A stretch of 59,880 bases of DNA from a virus (lineage: Duplodnaviria > Caudoviricetes), in the IMG/VR virus record IMGVR_UViG_3300035211_000056, positions 1-59,880 of that record; one strand, written 5' to 3'. Below the pieces are notes generated by a model. It saw only the letters and a program-made list of their open reading frames with translations. It was not told the origin of the DNA and ran no database searches. Shown piece after piece: positions 56,974 to 59,880 of the stretch (position 1 is its first letter; the number at the start of each line of letters is the position of its first letter). Position numbers and translations under genes: made by a program.

Positions 56974-58293
56974 TTAAATACTCCACGTAGTGCCGTCATA
57001 AGTTGATAATTCATCATCGTCAGGGTCGATATCTCCTGACGGTGAATCTAATGTAAATGTACTTACTCTTTCTAAAGTGCTTGGATCTACTGTATTTGCT
57101 ATTACTCCTAAATAAGCAGCCTCGGTAATTGTTTCTCCAACTTCTGAACGTTCTAAAAATAAAGCCTCCAAATTTGCCTCAATTGCTGCCCTCATTGTAG
57201 ATGTATCAGGATCTAAAGCACTGAACGTAAAAGCAATTGCATTTTCGCTAGGTGCTGAAACTATTATAATTGTAAAATCACAATTTATTGGTAAATAAGG
57301 TTCAAAAAAAGCTTTAGCAGTTGTTATTTCTCCTGCACTTGGTATTCCGTTATCTTCTTTTACAAGATATATAGTTGCATTTCCAACAGCAGGGGTGACA
57401 CGTTTTATAAAAACTCTTTTTACCCAGGATAAAGTTAGAAATCTAGCTTCAACTTCTGCAGAATTAAAAAAGGATGATGGGTTTTTCTTTCTTTGTTGTA
57501 GTCTTGGTCTTAAATCTGTGTCACTTTCTTCATCTGTTCCACCTGTTATTTCTGTATATACAACAACAGCCTCGTTATCTATGTTTTCTAATGATGCACC
57601 AATTGTAAGAACTTCACCAGAACCAAGATTATAATCTTCTCCGAACCCATCACTTGTTACAGCAACAACAGCATTACTATATGTAGATATACCTGAATCA
57701 GATCCCGATCCCGCTATATCAGCAGTATATGATAATGTTGTTGCAGATAATACACTGACTTCAAAATCTCCATTAAGTTCAGAATTGCTCATCCCTGATA
57801 CTGTTATTTCCTGACCTGTTCCTAATCCATGAGCAACCAATGTTTTATGATCTTCATCAGAATAAAAAGTTAATGTAACAACTCCATCGTCATAAGCTGC
57901 TACAACATAATACGATTTTTCGCTAATATCAGTATCGGTATCAACGGTATAAACTAAAGAGTTAATAATAAATTCTGTGCCTAACGGGACGGTTTCCCCT
58001 GCCGTACCCATGACGCTGATATTTCCTTTTGCTACCGTTGCAGAATTTCTTGTAATACCATAATCTGCACATTCTCTTTCAAGATAAATACCGGTTCTTG
58101 TATCGTCAAACATCTGATCGATAAATGCTTCAACCTGTTTATAGTAATCCCATACACGGCCAGCAAACGATACCAGTATTGCTTTTGTTAAAGAATTTTT
58201 CTTAAAAGGATTTGCTTTTGTGATTAAAGACTTAACATCATTTGCAAGTTTAGTATAAATACCAGTTATATTTGACGGAAGATTAAGTGACAT
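56974..58293 (-). CDS. Baseplate J/Mu gp47-like protein with inserted beta-barrel
   Basis: YGITR..AT.A.G, G..YNL and GGTDEESD..LR.R motifs; insert HGL.TGQ.ITVSG..NG.F.V. Confidence 0.9.
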   Translation of the reverse strand: MSLNLPSNITGIYTKLANDVKSLITKANPFKKNSLTKAILVSFAGRVWDYYKQVEAFIDQMFDDTRTGIYLERECADYGITRNSATVAKGNISVMGTAGETVPLGTEFIINSLVYTVDTDTDISEKSYYVVAAYDDGVVTLTFYSDEDHKTLVAHGLGTGQEITVSGMSNSELNGDFEVSVLSATTLSYTADIAGSGSDSGISTYSNAVVAVTSDGFGEDYNLGSGEVLTIGASLENIDNEAVVVYTEITGGTDEESDTDLRPRLQQRKKNPSSFFNSAEVEARFLTLSWVKRVFIKRVTPAVGNATIYLVKEDNGIPSAGEITTAKAFFEPYLPINCDFTIIIVSAPSENAIAFTFSALDPDTSTMRAAIEANLEALFLERSEVGETITEAAYLGVIANTVDPSTLERVSTFTLDSPSGDIDPDDDELSTYDGTTWSI

Positions 58294-58295
58294 AT

Positions 58296-58340
58296 ATCCC
58301 TCGCTTAAAAATTCAAACTCGGGATAAATCTATTATAACA
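58296..58340 (-). promoter_or_regulatory. Baseplate J promoter, +1 motif and RBS-sequestering leader hairpin
   Basis: TGTTATAAT-N6-ATCCC GA GTTTGA ATTT TTAAGC GA GGGAT-ATATG. Confidence 0.65.
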
Positions 58341-58344
58341 TATA

Positions 58345-58788
58345 TTAAAAATCAGTGTTAAGCCATAATTGATATGTATAATTATCCGTGATACCATTCG
58401 GTTTACTAATTGCTATATCAAGCTGAATTTCCTCATCCGTGAAAGATGCATCTGTATTGACCTCTGTGGCATATCCTTTATCAATAAGCCATTGCAGGGC
58501 AGTATTGCAATATTCAGTTCCGAGATTTAATTTATCCTGGGTTTTCCTGCCGTTAACAAGCCAAAGATGTGAAAATTGCATACCCGTGATATTTACAAAT
58601 AAGTATCCTCCACGTTTAAACGGTTGCGGAACCTGTTCCTCTGTTGCCCTTTCGTTCAGAAATAAACTCATTAATATTGCGGTTTCAAGTCCGTCATCTT
58701 GAACGAGATCGCCGGAATCGTCGTCAAAATTAATATCAAAGACTCCGTCTGTTTCGACAATTTTTATTTCACCTGATAATTCACTCAT
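58345..58788 (-). CDS. Mu gp46-like baseplate protein (allele B)
   Basis: 10 substitutions in 147 aa relative to 98-541. Confidence 0.85.
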   Translation of the reverse strand: MSELSGEIKIVETDGVFDINFDDDSGDLVQDDGLETAILMSLFLNERATEEQVPQPFKRGGYLFVNITGMQFSHLWLVNGRKTQDKLNLGTEYCNTALQWLIDKGYATEVNTDASFTDEEIQLDIAISKPNGITDNYTYQLWLNTDF

Positions 58789-59264
58789 TAACTTGGGACC
58801 TCCGTCTCTGCTTCGGTATTGCCTCCGCTATCTGCGGCTTGTGCGTGCGTATGTGTTTTTAAACTTATTCCATCTGCCACAACATCGCCACCGGTCACTA
58901 TTATATCACAATCTGTGGTTACTTGGTTTGCAGAAATAATAACATCTTTTTCAGTCGTTATATTTATGTTGCCATCTTCATCAAATTTTATTACTGACCT
59001 GACCTTAAAATTCCCGGTAACAAACTCGCCCTCTTTTAAATTTTTTGTCCTATCAAAAGCAGATAAAGGAATTATAAATCTGTTTGCTTCATCTCCGTTT
59101 ATGCAAAACAAAAGGCATGGTGAATCTTTTGGAGGCGATCCGTGTGTTCCGTATTGTTCACAAATAAGAGCATCAACAAGTTTTTCAAGATAGGTTATTT
59201 GAACATATGGAAACAAACTATCGTCTTTCATTTCCTTTTTTGTTTTTGCCAGTTTAATCGTCAT
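58788..59264 (-). CDS. Mu gp45-like spike (allele B, different tip)
   Basis: Colinear with 543-1061 up to THTH, then AQAADSGGNTEAETEVPS. Confidence 0.85.
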   Translation of the reverse strand: MTIKLAKTKKEMKDDSLFPYVQITYLEKLVDALICEQYGTHGSPPKDSPCLLFCINGDEANRFIIPLSAFDRTKNLKEGEFVTGNFKVRSVIKFDEDGNINITTEKDVIISANQVTTDCDIIVTGGDVVADGISLKTHTHAQAADSGGNTEAETEVPS

Positions 59265-59266
59265 AT

Positions 59267-59880
59267 TTATAATCCTAATTGAGAAAAAATATCATCTTTT
59301 TTATTAAAAGAGTTTTCGATCGCTTTCTGCTGTTCTTCAAGAGTAAATGCGTCACGATTTACAAGTGTTATGTCGGTGAAAGTGCCATCTAGTGACTTAA
59401 TATATCTGCACGACTTTATCAATAGTTCAGCATCAATACCAAACCTTTCATCAATGACTTGAATTAAATTATTAGGCTCTATTAACGTAGTCCCTTTTGC
59501 ATCAAGATAAAAACCTCTAATCCTGCAATTATACTGGAATCCTTTTACACGCCTTATATTTGATTCCCATTTTGCCCGGTCTGAGTTTGTCTGTAAATCA
59601 CTTGATATGTCAGAATTTATAACCATTATTCGGCCTGATCTTATATTTAAATCCTGTGCTATGCTTTTTTTTGAAACTGTAGAATCATTAAATAACTGGT
59701 CTATGGGATTTCCCTGCGAGATAACAATATATTCCCTGAATCTTGAAGCGTCATTATCTTCAAAATCAGAACGCAATATATTATTTTCAGTACCTCCGAT
59801 TTCTTTTTTTAAAATTGTTGTATATTTACCTGACCCTGCCCGTGTTAATATAACATCACCGTCGGAGTTACTTGTTATTA
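59267..59880 (-). CDS. Baseplate hub allele B, 5'-truncated by the window edge
   Basis: Near-identical to the C-terminal half of 1063-2172. Confidence 0.85.
   Translation of the reverse strand, partial: ITSNSDGDVILTRAGSGKYTTILKKEIGGTENNILRSDFEDNDASRFREYIVISQGNPIDQLFNDSTVSKKSIAQDLNIRSGRIMVINSDISSDLQTNSDRAKWESNIRRVKGFQYNCRIRGFYLDAKGTTLIEPNNLIQVIDERFGIDAELLIKSCRYIKSLDGTFTDITLVNRDAFTLEEQQKAIENSFNKKDDIFSQLGL

Larger units (their letters stand above)
58248..59880. repeat. Diverged direct repeat, copy B (matches 1-1676)
   Basis: Colinear with copy A; 43 nt shorter, almost all at the spike tip. Confidence 0.95.

Noticed and set aside
1-59880. Alternative genetic code
   Set aside because: Conserved genes are full length under the standard code; the gaps at 5041-5202 and 8497-8914 are explained by a frameshift and an ATC start.

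Overview
The window is essentially one complete, circularly permuted ~58.2 kb AT-rich tailed-phage genome: HK97-type head, Mu-like contractile tail, primase-helicase replication, and no recognisable integrase or DNA polymerase. Virion and lysis genes are on the minus strand (1-17352, 48360-51559, 55362-59880). Early, replication and accessory genes are on the plus strand (18262-48284, 51861-54364). The last ~1.6 kb repeats 1-1676 as a diverged allele with a different spike tip; an exact 127-bp match at the start suggests an assembly bubble. Main candidates for new biology: (1) A putative RNA-based late-gene switch. A two-hairpin RNA after the capsid operon has loops complementary to the RBS-sequestering leader of the sheath gene and to an ATCC(C/G)G(A/G)GT motif lying exactly 6 nt after the -10 box of four late promoters. 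(2) A ~10 kb operon of glycosyltransferases, methyltransferases, a sulfotransferase, an APS kinase-nucleotidyltransferase fusion and a minimal pyruvate kinase. (3) A three-gene cassette between two directly repeated dif-like Xer sites. (4) A promoter- and terminator-bounded anti-Shine-Dalgarno sRNA with a visible target. There is also a -1 frameshift in the tail chaperone, an ATC start codon, a tRNA-like RNA and RtcB. All functional calls come from manual motif recognition; no database searches or folding programs were run.
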